Positions 45,511 to 55,160 of a stretch of DNA of 64,000 bases are shown here, piece by piece. Numbering within the stretch: position 1 is the stretch's first letter; the number at the start of each line of letters is the position of its first letter. The stretch is from Treponemataceae bacterium (GTDB lineage Bacteria > Spirochaetota > Spirochaetia > Treponematales > Rectinemataceae): positions 288,001 to 352,000 of the forward strand of contig CAXXGJ010000002.1 of assembly GCA_963677895.2 (NCBI GenBank), given 5' to 3'. The notes below the pieces were generated by a model that searched no databases, was not told the DNA's origin, and saw only the letters and a program-made list of their open reading frames with translations. Made by a program: the position numbers and the translations under genes.

Positions 45511-46734
45511 TCACCGGGCAGGAGCGAACTGATGGGGATAGCCGGCCAGTGTCCTCGCTTCCTTGCCGATATCCACCATGAAAGCCAGGTGATCGGAGAG
45601 TTTCGAGTAGTCTATGAAGGGTGTGGCGACGACGACGGCAACGTCGTCGTCGGGGTTGTAGACGACAAGGTTGACGTAGCCGGGGTGAGCGCCGCTATGC
45701 CCCAGCCCTATCGGGGTGCTTCCGATTCCAAGGGCGTAGGTGGCGTTACCCGCCGGAACCTTCGTCATCCTGGCTATCTGTTCTTTACTTAGCGGGCCTC
45801 TTCCCGAGAGGAGAGAGCGTATCCATCGCGCCATATCGGCCGGAGTGCTGATTATGTTGCCGGGGCCGACCTGCGAGGACATATTGTCCTCGACGACTTC
45901 GATAAACCCGGTTCCGTCACTCGCATGGCCGGTCAAGTAAGGCTGGGGCAGTCCCATATCGTTCCCGTTCCAGGGCGCCGACGTATGCTCAAGCCCGAGC
46001 GGCGCGAAAAAATTCTCCTTCAGGAATCGATCATAACTCATCCCCGCTACCCGCTCGACGATTTTCGCCAGCAGGGTGAAGCCGGTATCGCTGTAATGAT
46101 ACTCGGCTCCCGGCTCAGCCGTCGAAAGCCTGTTGGCCGCCACGACGCCAATAAGCTCGTCGGCGGTGAACGTGTGGTCCGGTTCGTTCAATTCGTAGTA
46201 GATATAAGCGTTGTAGTACTGGCCGGCATAGGGATGCTCGCTCGACTCGGGCACCGGATTGTTGAAAACGTCGAAGATGCCCGCTCTGTGCGACAGAAGC
46301 TGTCGTATCGTTATGCGATCTTTATTGGGTACCGCGTAATTCGGCGAATCCGCGAGGTAGGGAACATCGGTGCCGGGAATCGTGTCGGTAAGGACAGCTT
46401 CTATATCCAACTTTCCTCGTTGATCGAGGAGCATGATGGAGGCCGCGGTGAAAGTCTTGCTCACCGAGGCTATGCGATAATGCCATGTCTCGTCGGCGCC
46501 GTCCGGAAGGCCTGCCATAGCCGCGGCGTTGCCCCTGGGAGTCTCGAGATAGACAACGACCCCCGCGCCGTCCGGCAGATCGTGCGACGCTTTATACGCC
46601 GCGTATTTTTCGGAAACCATCGATTGAATCGATGGTTGCGCGATATTGATCGCCTCTTCGCTGCCCGCTTCCGCTGAAGCGAAAGAGAGGACCAGGAGGC
46701 CGAGAAACGCGGCGTAGACGAATCTTTTATTCAT
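45511..46734 (-). CDS. Exported serine hydrolase (beta-lactamase/D-Ala-D-Ala carboxypeptidase family)
   Basis: Signal peptide; RIASVSK, LLSHRAG, YHYSD, GHSGAHPGY. Confidence 0.85.
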   Translation of the reverse strand: MNKRFVYAAFLGLLVLSFASAEAGSEEAINIAQPSIQSMVSEKYAAYKASHDLPDGAGVVVYLETPRGNAAAMAGLPDGADETWHYRIASVSKTFTAASIMLLDQRGKLDIEAVLTDTIPGTDVPYLADSPNYAVPNKDRITIRQLLSHRAGIFDVFNNPVPESSEHPYAGQYYNAYIYYELNEPDHTFTADELIGVVAANRLSTAEPGAEYHYSDTGFTLLAKIVERVAGMSYDRFLKENFFAPLGLEHTSAPWNGNDMGLPQPYLTGHASDGTGFIEVVEDNMSSQVGPGNIISTPADMARWIRSLLSGRGPLSKEQIARMTKVPAGNATYALGIGSTPIGLGHSGAHPGYVNLVVYNPDDDVAVVVATPFIDYSKLSDHLAFMVDIGKEARTLAGYPHQFAPAR

Positions 46735-47600
46735 GTTGCCCTCTCGTTTCGACGAAGAAAATCGCTGACTATAGCCTTGAATAGTTCAGGCTGCTCTATG
46801 TGATGAAGATGTGAGGCCTTGGGTATCACCGCCATGTCGGCGCTTGGGAAGGCCATCTGATACTCTTTCACGGTCCTTGGATCGGCTTCGTCGTTGTCCC
46901 CGCAGATGAGGAGCGCCGGAACCGAAAGCCGCGGCAGCGAAGGAACCAAATCAAGATCGCGCAACGTTCCTGAAATGGTGAACTCGCTTTTTCCCCACAT
47001 GGAATTGTAAACCTCGGGATTGAGCCGGGAAAAAGCTTCCTGCACGAAGTCGGGCCAGGGGGAAAGCCGGCACACGTGCCGCGCGTAGTACGCCATCATC
47101 GCGTTTTGGTACGCTTCCCCGAAATCGCCCGAGCGCTCGCCATCTTCGATCGCCCTTCGTTCCGCTTCGGGCATCCTCGCGATATTGGTTCTCTGATCCC
47201 TGTCCCAGCGCGCGGTGCTCAGGTAGGGGCCGCAGAGAATTAAGCCCGCGATCCCGTCCAGTCCCCTTTGAAGCGTGTAGGCGCAGGCGAGGGCGGTGCC
47301 CCAGGAAAATCCCATGAGGTAGACCGATGTCAGGCCCAGCCGCTCGCGTACCTCGGCCAATTCTTCCACATAGTTATCCAGTGAATACTGGGATGGATCC
47401 GAGGCCCTGTCGCTCCTGCCGCAGCCGAGCTGATCATAGAAATGAACAGGTCTTTCCTCCGCGAGCTCGCAGACGACCTCCGGCATGCTTAAAAAGCCCG
47501 GCCCGCCGTGGATGGCCAGGATAGGCGTGCCCTTACGGTCTTCCCCATAGGCCGAATGCCAAATTTTCCCTTCATCCAATTCCAGAAAGCCTTCGCGCAT
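46731..47600 (-). CDS. Proline iminopeptidase-family alpha/beta hydrolase
   Basis: HGGPG, YDQLGCGRSD, GFSWG, MWG.SEF, G..DEA, ASH. Confidence 0.88.
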   Translation of the reverse strand: MREGFLELDEGKIWHSAYGEDRKGTPILAIHGGPGFLSMPEVVCELAEERPVHFYDQLGCGRSDRASDPSQYSLDNYVEELAEVRERLGLTSVYLMGFSWGTALACAYTLQRGLDGIAGLILCGPYLSTARWDRDQRTNIARMPEAERRAIEDGERSGDFGEAYQNAMMAYYARHVCRLSPWPDFVQEAFSRLNPEVYNSMWGKSEFTISGTLRDLDLVPSLPRLSVPALLICGDNDEADPRTVKEYQMAFPSADMAVIPKASHLHHIEQPELFKAIVSDFLRRNERAT

Positions 47601-47779
47601 GTTGCCCCCTATTCAGGAACACCGAATTTTGGCGCGGGATTTTCGCCGCCGAAACCAAGTATATCTACCTTGCGGTATGGGAGCCAGCGGCGCTGTTTGG
47701 ATATTGACACTTTCGGCTTCCCTCCCCACCATTGCGGCGTAGCAGAAGCGAACGAAGCATAAAGCGCAGGAGTTTTCCG

Positions 47780-49189
47780 ATGAAGAATCTGTTCCGCATC
47801 AGTGTTTTTACCGTCATCGTCCTGAATCTGGGCGGAACACTTTTCGGATTCGCGCCGGGCTGGCTTCTGTTCCTGGCCGCCACGGCGGCCCTCGTATCGG
47901 GCTTTCCCTTGATGAGCAAGGGCTTCCAGAAAGCTACCATCATTTTTCTTGGCCTCGGGATAGCCATGCTCGCCCTGGGGCGCCAGCCCTTCGATGTTTG
48001 GATGAAGTCAGCTTCCTCCATGACCAACATCATCGCCATCGTGGCCGTTATGCAGACCTTCACCGTCCCGATAAAGGTGGGCGGCTACGATATAGCCATC
48101 AAATCCTGGATGGAAGGCAGGTTCAAGCGCACATCTTCCCTCTTCCTCTTCATGACCTTCACGATCCACATCCTGGCCAGTTTCCTCAATCTGGGCGCGC
48201 TCCCCGTGACGGTGGGCCTCTTCGAGACGACCCTGAAAGCCCGCGTCTCCGACTGGAGGCGTTTTTACGCCAGAGTATCCACGCGGGGTTATGTTCTCGC
48301 CGCCCTATGGTCGCCGGGCGCCGTAAACCTCTCTCTCGTCGTGCAGGCCAGCGGGCTGACATGGTCAAAGGTCTTCGTGCCCGGCTTCATCCTGGCCTGT
48401 CTCGGGATGGGTGTATCCTATCTCGTGGAAGTTTTCGGTACGCGTGGAAAGGAAGAGCTGCCGGCGGAGCGCCGCGACACCGAAGACCTCGTCGGCGCCG
48501 AAGCGCTCGTCAGCCAGCTGCCGGGACCTGAAGCGAGGGCCGAGGGCGGCAGAATCATTCATATACTCATCGTCGCGGGTTTCTTTGTTCTGGCAGCCGC
48601 TGTCCTGGAATGGCTGCATATCGGAGCCGCCTCGGGGAGGACGGTATTGGCGGGCGCTCTCATTGTCATCTGCTGGATTTTAAGCCAGGCCAAGCGGCCG
48701 GGCATGAAAGAGGCCCTCAAGGCACAGTGGCTTCAGGGCACGCTCAAGGTGGCCGATATAGCGCCTTTCTTCGTCGCCATGGGAGCGTTCTCGGGCGCCC
48801 TCGAGGTATCGGGCCTGCTCGAGCAAGCCGCGCCCTTTCTCAAAACCGCGGCCGGCTCCCTGGGAGCCGCTTCCATCGTCTTCATCGCCTTGGGAATCGT
48901 CGCGGGTTCCATTATCGGGTTGCATCCCTTCATCACGATCCTGTTGTTCGGGAAGGTGCTGGCCCTCATCGCGCTTCCCATCCCGCCCATCACCGTGGCG
49001 CTGTCCCTGGCCGTCGGCGGGGCGGCGGCTTATATGGTCACGCCCTTCGCCGGCGTCATCATGACGATATCCAGGCTTATCGACACCAAGGCGGCCGACG
49101 TGGCCCTGCGCTGGAACTGGCGCTTCAGCCTTCTCTTCCTGGCGGCGGGGCTTCTCTACGCTTTCGGCTGGGGGGCTTTGTTCGGTTGA
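47780..49189 (+). CDS. Polytopic membrane protein, probable secondary transporter
   Basis: About 12 hydrophobic segments in two halves; RGY....WSP and G.HP motifs; AGGAG RBS. Confidence 0.55.
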   Translation: MKNLFRISVFTVIVLNLGGTLFGFAPGWLLFLAATAALVSGFPLMSKGFQKATIIFLGLGIAMLALGRQPFDVWMKSASSMTNIIAIVAVMQTFTVPIKVGGYDIAIKSWMEGRFKRTSSLFLFMTFTIHILASFLNLGALPVTVGLFETTLKARVSDWRRFYARVSTRGYVLAALWSPGAVNLSLVVQASGLTWSKVFVPGFILACLGMGVSYLVEVFGTRGKEELPAERRDTEDLVGAEALVSQLPGPEARAEGGRIIHILIVAGFFVLAAAVLEWLHIGAASGRTVLAGALIVICWILSQAKRPGMKEALKAQWLQGTLKVADIAPFFVAMGAFSGALEVSGLLEQAAPFLKTAAGSLGAASIVFIALGIVAGSIIGLHPFITILLFGKVLALIALPIPPITVALSLAVGGAAAYMVTPFAGVIMTISRLIDTKAADVALRWNWRFSLLFLAAGLLYAFGWGALFG

Positions 49190-49281
49190 CCGGCTAGAGG
49201 CCGTAGAACTCCGGCTGGCGCTCCGCGAAGACCTCGTTCATGGCGTTGACACGCTTATTCCTCGCGATGAGCGATTCGACG

Positions 49282-50283
49282 CTACTCATCCTTGTCGAAA
49301 GGCATGCCCAGCGCCGCGGGGGGCGTGGCGTTGAGCGCCATCAGGACCTTCGCCACGTCGCGCCGCACGGATTCGGGCAGCCTCGCGAGAGTTCTTTCCA
49401 CCCACTCGGCGTTGCTGATGTTGACGAGGAGGAGGGTGAGGATCATGAGGGGGAAGGGCGCGACCTGCAGCACCTGAGAGGGAACGTTGGGCATGAGAGG
49501 CTGCAGCACGAGGCCGAGCCACTGCAGCAGCGAGAAGAAATACGCCCCGATCGCGGCCCTGAAGGGCGTCCAGCCTCCGAATATGGTGATCGAAAGGATG
49601 ATCCAGCCTATGCCATCCAAGCCCGAAATCGTGCCTTTCCAGCCCGCCTTCACCGAGAGCGAATAGATGGGGCCGGCGAGGCCGGCGATCGCTCCGCCCA
49701 GGATCGTGTAGACGTAGCGCAGGCGGTTAACGTTCGCACCGCGCACATAAGCCGCCTTGGGATTCTCCCCCAGGCCTTTCAGCATGATGCCGGGCTTCGT
49801 TCGCTCCATGTAGAACCAGGAGAGGATGATGAGGAGGAAGCTCGAGTAGGTGACGATGTCGTGGCGGAAGAAGAGTGTGCCGATCACGGGGATGGCGCTC
49901 AGGCCCGGAATGGGCAGGAGGTTGAGGCGCGGGCCGGGCATCCCCATGATGGGATTGCCCAGGAAATAGGCGAGGTCACGGCAGAGCATGGCGAGGACGT
50001 AGCCGACGGCCACCTGGGACTGCTTGAGGGTGATGCTCGTGAAGGCGACGACGAGGGCTACGGCAGCGCCGATCGCCGCTCCCGCGAGGAATCCCAGCGC
50101 GAGGCTTCCCGTGGCGAGGGAGGCGGCGAAGCCGCCCATGGCCGAGAGGAGGATCATGCCGTTCATCGCCAGGTTCGAGACGCCGGCTTTTTCGGTGATG
50201 GTCTCGCCGAGTACGCCGAAGAGGATGGGCGCCGAGGAACTCAAGACCCCCGAAAGGCCGAATAACAGCGCGTCGTTGGTCAT
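49282..50283 (-). CDS. Nucleoside/simple-sugar ABC permease 2
   Basis: LGETITEKAGV.NL..NG, GENPKAA..RG.NV, G.GWI.L...IFGGW, PAALG.PF. Confidence 0.85.
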   Translation of the reverse strand: MTNDALLFGLSGVLSSSAPILFGVLGETITEKAGVSNLAMNGMILLSAMGGFAASLATGSLALGFLAGAAIGAAVALVVAFTSITLKQSQVAVGYVLAMLCRDLAYFLGNPIMGMPGPRLNLLPIPGLSAIPVIGTLFFRHDIVTYSSFLLIILSWFYMERTKPGIMLKGLGENPKAAYVRGANVNRLRYVYTILGGAIAGLAGPIYSLSVKAGWKGTISGLDGIGWIILSITIFGGWTPFRAAIGAYFFSLLQWLGLVLQPLMPNVPSQVLQVAPFPLMILTLLLVNISNAEWVERTLARLPESVRRDVAKVLMALNATPPAALGMPFDKDE

Positions 50284-51329
50284 GGATTCCCTCTCTTTTT
50301 CTGGAACTTCATCCTCAGGCCGTTGCCGATGAGGACGAAGAGGACGAGGAAGCCCTGTATCACGCCCGCGAGGGACGAATCGAGCTTGAGCACGATAGGC
50401 AGCTGTATCGAGCCCACGGTGAGGGCCGCGAAGAAGAGGGCGACGGGGCCGGCCCAGACCGGGCTGAAGTTGACGAGCATGGCGACCATGAGGCCCGTGT
50501 AGCCGTAGCCGCTCGAAATCGAAGGGATGAGTCGGTGGTAGACCGAGGTCACCTGGACTGCTCCGGCGAGGCCCGCGAAGGCGCCGCAGAGGGCGAAGGA
50601 GAGGAGCATGTGCTGCCAGGTGGGAATGCCGAGGAGATATGCCGATTTCGGATTCTTGCCCACCGCTTTGAGCTTGAGGCCGAAATAGGTGCCCTTCAAC
50701 AGGATCAGGGCGATGACGATGGTGACCGCGGCCATGGCGAGCGGTATCGGGGCGAGCCGCGACTGGGCCGAGAGAGTCGGCATCCACAAATCCGGCTCGA
50801 AGGGGAGGGTGCCCGACATGGAAGCGACGCCGGGGCGTTTCCATGGCCCAAAGATGAGCCAGAGGTTGAGGGCCGTGGCCACGAAGTTGAGCCCCAGGCC
50901 TCCGAATATCTCGTTCACGCCGCCGAAGGTCTTGAGGACGCCCGCGAGGAGGGCCCATAGGAGGCCGCCCAGCATGCCTGCCGCCACAGAAAGCGCGATG
51001 ACGGCGCCTGGCGGGAGGGCCGTGCCCTGAAGGACGCGCATGGCCCAGGTGCAGAAAATGGCGCCCAGGGTTATCTGCCCTTCGATGCCGATGTTCCACA
51101 AGCCCCCGGTGAAGGTGAAGAGGAGGCCCGCCGTGGCGAGGAGGAGGGGCACCCAGGAGACGAGGACGTTGGCCGCTACGTTGGGCGACCCGACCGCGCC
51201 CTGGATTATGTTCGTGTACGCAAGGAAGGGGTCGTTGCCCGTCAGGGCGACGATAGCTGACGTCAGGAGAAGCGCGAGGAAGACGGATCCCGCGCCGAAA
51301 GCGAGTTTCGCGCTTTTGCCGTCACGCAT
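50280..51329 (-). CDS. Nucleoside/simple-sugar ABC permease 1
   Basis: GLWNIGIEGQ, VNEI, G.N..SA..LGI, GYGYTGL.VA.L. Confidence 0.85.
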   Translation of the reverse strand: MRDGKSAKLAFGAGSVFLALLLTSAIVALTGNDPFLAYTNIIQGAVGSPNVAANVLVSWVPLLLATAGLLFTFTGGLWNIGIEGQITLGAIFCTWAMRVLQGTALPPGAVIALSVAAGMLGGLLWALLAGVLKTFGGVNEIFGGLGLNFVATALNLWLIFGPWKRPGVASMSGTLPFEPDLWMPTLSAQSRLAPIPLAMAAVTIVIALILLKGTYFGLKLKAVGKNPKSAYLLGIPTWQHMLLSFALCGAFAGLAGAVQVTSVYHRLIPSISSGYGYTGLMVAMLVNFSPVWAGPVALFFAALTVGSIQLPIVLKLDSSLAGVIQGFLVLFVLIGNGLRMKFQKKRGNP

Positions 51330-52818
51330 GGCACGCCTCCTCGAAAGATTCCCAGCCGACGCCACCGATAAGTTCGCCCAACTTTTGGACGTTAAGCGAC
51401 GCGGCGTCGATGGCGGGGGAGACTTTGCCCGCGAAAAAGACGAGGACCTTGTCGCTGTACTGGAGAATTTCGTCGAGATCAGAGGACAGGAAAAGGATGG
51501 CCGTTCCCGATGAGCAGCGCTCTTTCAGCTTGCCCCAGATATAGATGGTGGATTCGATGTCCAGACCCCGCGTGGGATGCTCCACGAGGATGAGGCTGGC
51601 GGTTTCCGGAAGGAGGGAGAGCAAGGCTCTCTGCTGATTGCCTCCGGAGAGGGATTCCACGGGGCTGTCGGGCCGGCCCTTTATGTTGAAGGCTGAAATC
51701 CGCGCCTCGGACAGGGCGCCGGCGGCCTGCCTGTCTATGAAGGCGCCGCCCATCTTTTTGGACAATATAAAGTGTTCGCAGAGCGTCAGGCCGGGCACGA
51801 GGCCTTTTTCGAGCCGCGCCGCGGGCAGGTAGGCGACGCCCATCCGCTTGTAGTCGTGATAAGTTTTTCCGTTCATCGGGCGTTCGTCCTCATCGAGGCA
51901 GAACTGTCCGCCGGCGGGTTCGACGAGACCTCCGCAGGCTCTCAGGAAGAGATCCTGGCCCGAGCCCTCCATGCCGGCGATGCCGATGATTTCTCCCGCC
52001 CTGACCTGAAGATTCACATCCTTTATCCTGAGGCGGATGGAATCCACGGAACCGGTTTTGACGGTGAGCACTTTCCGCCCCGGAGATGTCCTGGACTTGG
52101 GCGCGAGCTCCACTTCCTTGCCGAACATCATACGCACCAGGGCTGCCTTGTCGAAGGGCGCTTCCACGGAGCCTATAAGAGATCCCTGCCTGAGAATGGC
52201 GGCCCTCGAGCAGAGGGCTTCCACATCCTCGAGTTTGTGGGAGACGAAAAAGACCGTCATGCCCTCGGAAGCGAGCTTGCGGAGGGCCGCGAAAAGCTTT
52301 TCCTTCTGCGTCTGGCTAATGCCGGTGGTGGGTTCGTCCAAGATGAGGACCTTGGCGCCCAGCCAGAGCAGGCGCAGGATCTCGAGCTGCTGGCGCTCGC
52401 CGACCGTCAGCGACGCGACGCGGGCGTCGGGGGAGAGGCTGAAATCGAAACGGGCCGAGAGGGCGGAGAAGTCGGCGAGCGCCCTGCGGCGATTCGGCAC
52501 GAGGCCTCCCGGGCTCCCGAGGAGAAAATCGTCGATGATCCTGAAGGGGGGAAAGTCGAGGGGGTCCTGGTGGAGCATTCCGATGCCGTTCTTTATCGCG
52601 TCATCGGGGGAGTCGATGCGCAGGGCTTTTCCGTCGAAGAGTATTTCGCCCGAGTCGGGGCGGAGAAAGCCCGAGAATATTTTCATCAACGTGCTTTTAC
52701 CGGCCCCGTTTTCGCCCAGGATGCCCTGGATGCTGCCGGGGGGAATCGTCAGGGAAATCGAGTCGTTGGCCCTGAGGGCGCCGAAGGTTTTGGTTATGCC
52801 ACGCAGTTCGATCGTCAT
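51322..52818 (-). CDS. CUT2 ABC ATP-binding protein (two nucleotide-binding domains)
   Basis: AND.ISL, GENGAGKST, LTVGERQ, DEPT, LSGGNQQ, PTRGLD. Confidence 0.9.
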   Translation of the reverse strand: MTIELRGITKTFGALRANDSISLTIPPGSIQGILGENGAGKSTLMKIFSGFLRPDSGEILFDGKALRIDSPDDAIKNGIGMLHQDPLDFPPFRIIDDFLLGSPGGLVPNRRRALADFSALSARFDFSLSPDARVASLTVGERQQLEILRLLWLGAKVLILDEPTTGISQTQKEKLFAALRKLASEGMTVFFVSHKLEDVEALCSRAAILRQGSLIGSVEAPFDKAALVRMMFGKEVELAPKSRTSPGRKVLTVKTGSVDSIRLRIKDVNLQVRAGEIIGIAGMEGSGQDLFLRACGGLVEPAGGQFCLDEDERPMNGKTYHDYKRMGVAYLPAARLEKGLVPGLTLCEHFILSKKMGGAFIDRQAAGALSEARISAFNIKGRPDSPVESLSGGNQQRALLSLLPETASLILVEHPTRGLDIESTIYIWGKLKERCSSGTAILFLSSDLDEILQYSDKVLVFFAGKVSPAIDAASLNVQKLGELIGGVGWESFEEACHA

Positions 52819-52844
52819 TGAGCACCTTTGAAAAAAATAAATAT

Positions 52845-52881
52845 GGCAGCCTGAGGAAATCTCTCGATCCCTCAGGCTGCC
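52845..52881 (-). terminator. Intercistronic stem-loop/terminator after the BMP gene
   Basis: GGCAGCCTGAGG/CCTCAGGCTGCC 12-bp stem followed by ATATTTATTTTTTT on the minus strand. Confidence 0.7.
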
Positions 52882-52903
52882 TCTGTTTCGCTCTATCCTT
52901 TCG

Positions 52904-54115
52904 TTACTTGGAGACGCTCTGTCCCGTCATGCCTTCGAGAAGCTGGGGCAGGTACCAGATCTGCTGGTCGGTAGCCTTCTGGCCTTTCTTGAGATAGACG
53001 GATCCGTCCTGAAGGTTCAGCGGACCGCTCCAGAGGTTCAAACCCTTGGCGAGTTCGCCGACGAACTTGTCGACGCCGTCGGAAGCGGCTTTGCCGAGAG
53101 CGCCCTTGTTGAAGCCCACGGCCGAGGTGTCGGGATTGTTGATGTTTTTCCAGTCAGGGCTGTTCCATTCGAAGTGGGCCTTCCAGGTTCCTGCCATGGC
53201 TTCTTTCACGGTCTTGGCATAGGCGGGACCCCAGTTGAAATAGGGAACGCCGAGGGAAACGCCCTTGCCCTCGTCCATGGCCTTGGAATAGTCGTAGGGG
53301 ATGGCCCAGACCTGCTTGCCCTGAGCGGTGAACTTGGCGGCTTCGGCCACGGCTTCCGTGGTGTCGATGCCTGAGATGACGACGTCGCAGCCTGAGTTGA
53401 AGAACTCGTCGGCCACCTGGGTGGGGTCGGCGGTGACGCCGGGGATATTGAACCAGAAGCCGATCCAGGTGACGCGGAACTTGAGCTGGGCGGGATCCTT
53501 CTTGAGGTAGTTGACCCAGGCGTATTTCGCGCCGAGGTAGGCCGAGGCGGCCAGGCGCCTGGTCTCGTCGTTGATGAGGGGGCCGAGGAAGCCGATCTGG
53601 CCGGTCTTGGTGGTGAGGGCGGCGGCGACGCCGGCCGCCATCTTCATGTATTCCATCTTGCCCATGATGTTGATCATGTTGGCCATGGGCTTGTAGGCCT
53701 TGCCTTCCTTCCACTGCTGGTCGCCCGTGGTCATGATGACGAAGATATCGGGATGGGCGGATGCGAATTTGACCGCTTCGTCCATCATGTCGTCCGAGGA
53801 GAAGCAGATGAGCTTGGCGCCCTGCGCCACGAGGCTTTCTCCAAGCTGGGATACCGTGGTGCCCGGCCTGTCGGCGGAGTTGGCTTTGTCAATGTAGACG
53901 AGCTTGGTGCCCGGTACCTTGGCGAGGACATACTGCATGCCGTCGTAATTGGCCTGGCTCCAGCCGCGATCGTTGTAGGGACCGACCATGACGAGGCCTA
54001 TGGTGAGATTCGCGCCGGCCGCCTTGGGGGCCGCCGAAGATACGGCCTGGGCAAAGGCCGGCATGCTTAGGACGGCGATCAGCGCCGCCAGGATGAGGAT
54101 GCGGAAGCTTTTCAT
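52904..54115 (-). CDS. BMP family ABC substrate-binding protein (purine/nucleoside-type)
   Basis: VGPYND.GWSQA.Y.G, W.G.W, G.DV, NWGP.Y; signal peptide ending AFAQ. Confidence 0.85.
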   Translation of the reverse strand: MKSFRILILAALIAVLSMPAFAQAVSSAAPKAAGANLTIGLVMVGPYNDRGWSQANYDGMQYVLAKVPGTKLVYIDKANSADRPGTTVSQLGESLVAQGAKLICFSSDDMMDEAVKFASAHPDIFVIMTTGDQQWKEGKAYKPMANMINIMGKMEYMKMAAGVAAALTTKTGQIGFLGPLINDETRRLAASAYLGAKYAWVNYLKKDPAQLKFRVTWIGFWFNIPGVTADPTQVADEFFNSGCDVVISGIDTTEAVAEAAKFTAQGKQVWAIPYDYSKAMDEGKGVSLGVPYFNWGPAYAKTVKEAMAGTWKAHFEWNSPDWKNINNPDTSAVGFNKGALGKAASDGVDKFVGELAKGLNLWSGPLNLQDGSVYLKKGQKATDQQIWYLPQLLEGMTGQSVSK

Positions 54116-54220
54116 CTGTGTCTCCTTGGCCGCGTGCGGTTTTGTCGTGCGGAACCGGCGGCCTCGCTCTTCTTCTGGATTATAGGGCGTCGCCGCGCTT
54201 TGCGGAAGCGGAAAACCGCG

Positions 54221-54535
54221 TCAATCCATATGAAATACGGGAGAGAGCGGTTTCGATGCCGGAGAATGGTCGGGATTCGTCTCCATTATGTCCCCCATGT
54301 AGTCCCACCACTTCCGAACGATAGCCTTGCGGGGGAGATCGTCAGCGGTGGAATTGTCGGCGCGGGTCTGGACGGCGAAGAGGAAATGGCTTTCCGGGTC
54401 GAGATAGATCGAATAATCGGATATGCCCGCGGCCTTGAGTTCGGCGAGCATCTCCGGCCAGATGGCGTCGTGGCGGCGTTTATATTCGGCTTCGTATCCC
54501 GGTTTCAGTTTCATGACGAATGCTTTGCGTTCCAT
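54221..54535 (-). CDS. rhaM: L-rhamnose mutarotase
   Basis: AFVMKLKPG..AEYKRRHD.IWPE, GISDYSIYL, WW.YM.DIMETNPD.SP, VFHMD. Confidence 0.95.
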   Translation of the reverse strand: MERKAFVMKLKPGYEAEYKRRHDAIWPEMLAELKAAGISDYSIYLDPESHFLFAVQTRADNSTADDLPRKAIVRKWWDYMGDIMETNPDHSPASKPLSPVFHMD

Positions 54536-54576
54536 GCTTTTCTCCTGTACAACATAAATCTTGAAATCGACTCCAG

Positions 54577-54604
54577 ATTATATACTCAGGAAGTCCCGCG
54601 ACAA
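54577..54604 (-). promoter_or_regulatory. Putative rhaM promoter
   Basis: TTGTCG-16 bp-TATAAT, 41 nt upstream of the ATG. Confidence 0.5.
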
Positions 54605-54709
54605 GCCGGGCCAAGGCAATCCGGCACCCCATCATCATTCGCGTGCGACTTTCTTGCTAATTAATTAAATAATTATGATATTAGCATAATCCTATACAAG
54701 GAGGATCCC

Positions 54710-55099
54710 ATGAAGAAGATAGCTTTTCTCGCTTTGCTGATTCTATCGGTAATGCTTCCGATTTCCGTTTTCGCCGAAACCTATGACAAGGATGCGGTCG
54801 TTTCCGCCATGCGCGCCAACCAGGCGAGGATAGGCGTCGTCAAGACAGCGGTCGCCAACAACGACTTCTTCAAGGCCGGCCAGGCGTTTTTTGATTACGC
54901 CAGCCTGGCCGCCAGGATGCAGGCCATGGATCCGCCCAAGGGTTCCAAGGATGACTGGGTGAGGCTATGGAATCTGTTCCAGGACAAAGCGTTTCTGGGG
55001 ATAGGAGCCTGCGGGGAGCGGGACGCGGCCAAGGTCCTGAAGGCGCTGGACGAGCTGGTAGCCGTGAATAAAATCGGTCATCCCGAGTTCAGGTTCTGA
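54710..55099 (+). CDS. Small exported four-helix protein, cytochrome b562-like
   Basis: Signal peptide, AAGGAGG RBS; Met near the mature N-terminus, central PPK, C-terminal H..FR as in b562. Confidence 0.55.
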   Translation: MKKIAFLALLILSVMLPISVFAETYDKDAVVSAMRANQARIGVVKTAVANNDFFKAGQAFFDYASLAARMQAMDPPKGSKDDWVRLWNLFQDKAFLGIGACGERDAAKVLKALDELVAVNKIGHPEFRF

Positions 55100-55118
55100 A
55101 TTCGCCTCGATAGAAGGG

Positions 55119-55160
55119 AAAAAAAGGAGGGCGATGCGGTTGCATCGCTCTCCTTTTTTT
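55119..55160. terminator. Bidirectional Rho-independent terminator
   Basis: A7-GGAGGGCGATGC-GGTT-GCATCGCTCTCC-T7 between convergent genes. Confidence 0.88.

Noticed and set aside
41331..46734. Beta-lactam resistance genes
   Set aside because: Only family-level SxxK motifs; architecture and peptidase context favour general serine hydrolases
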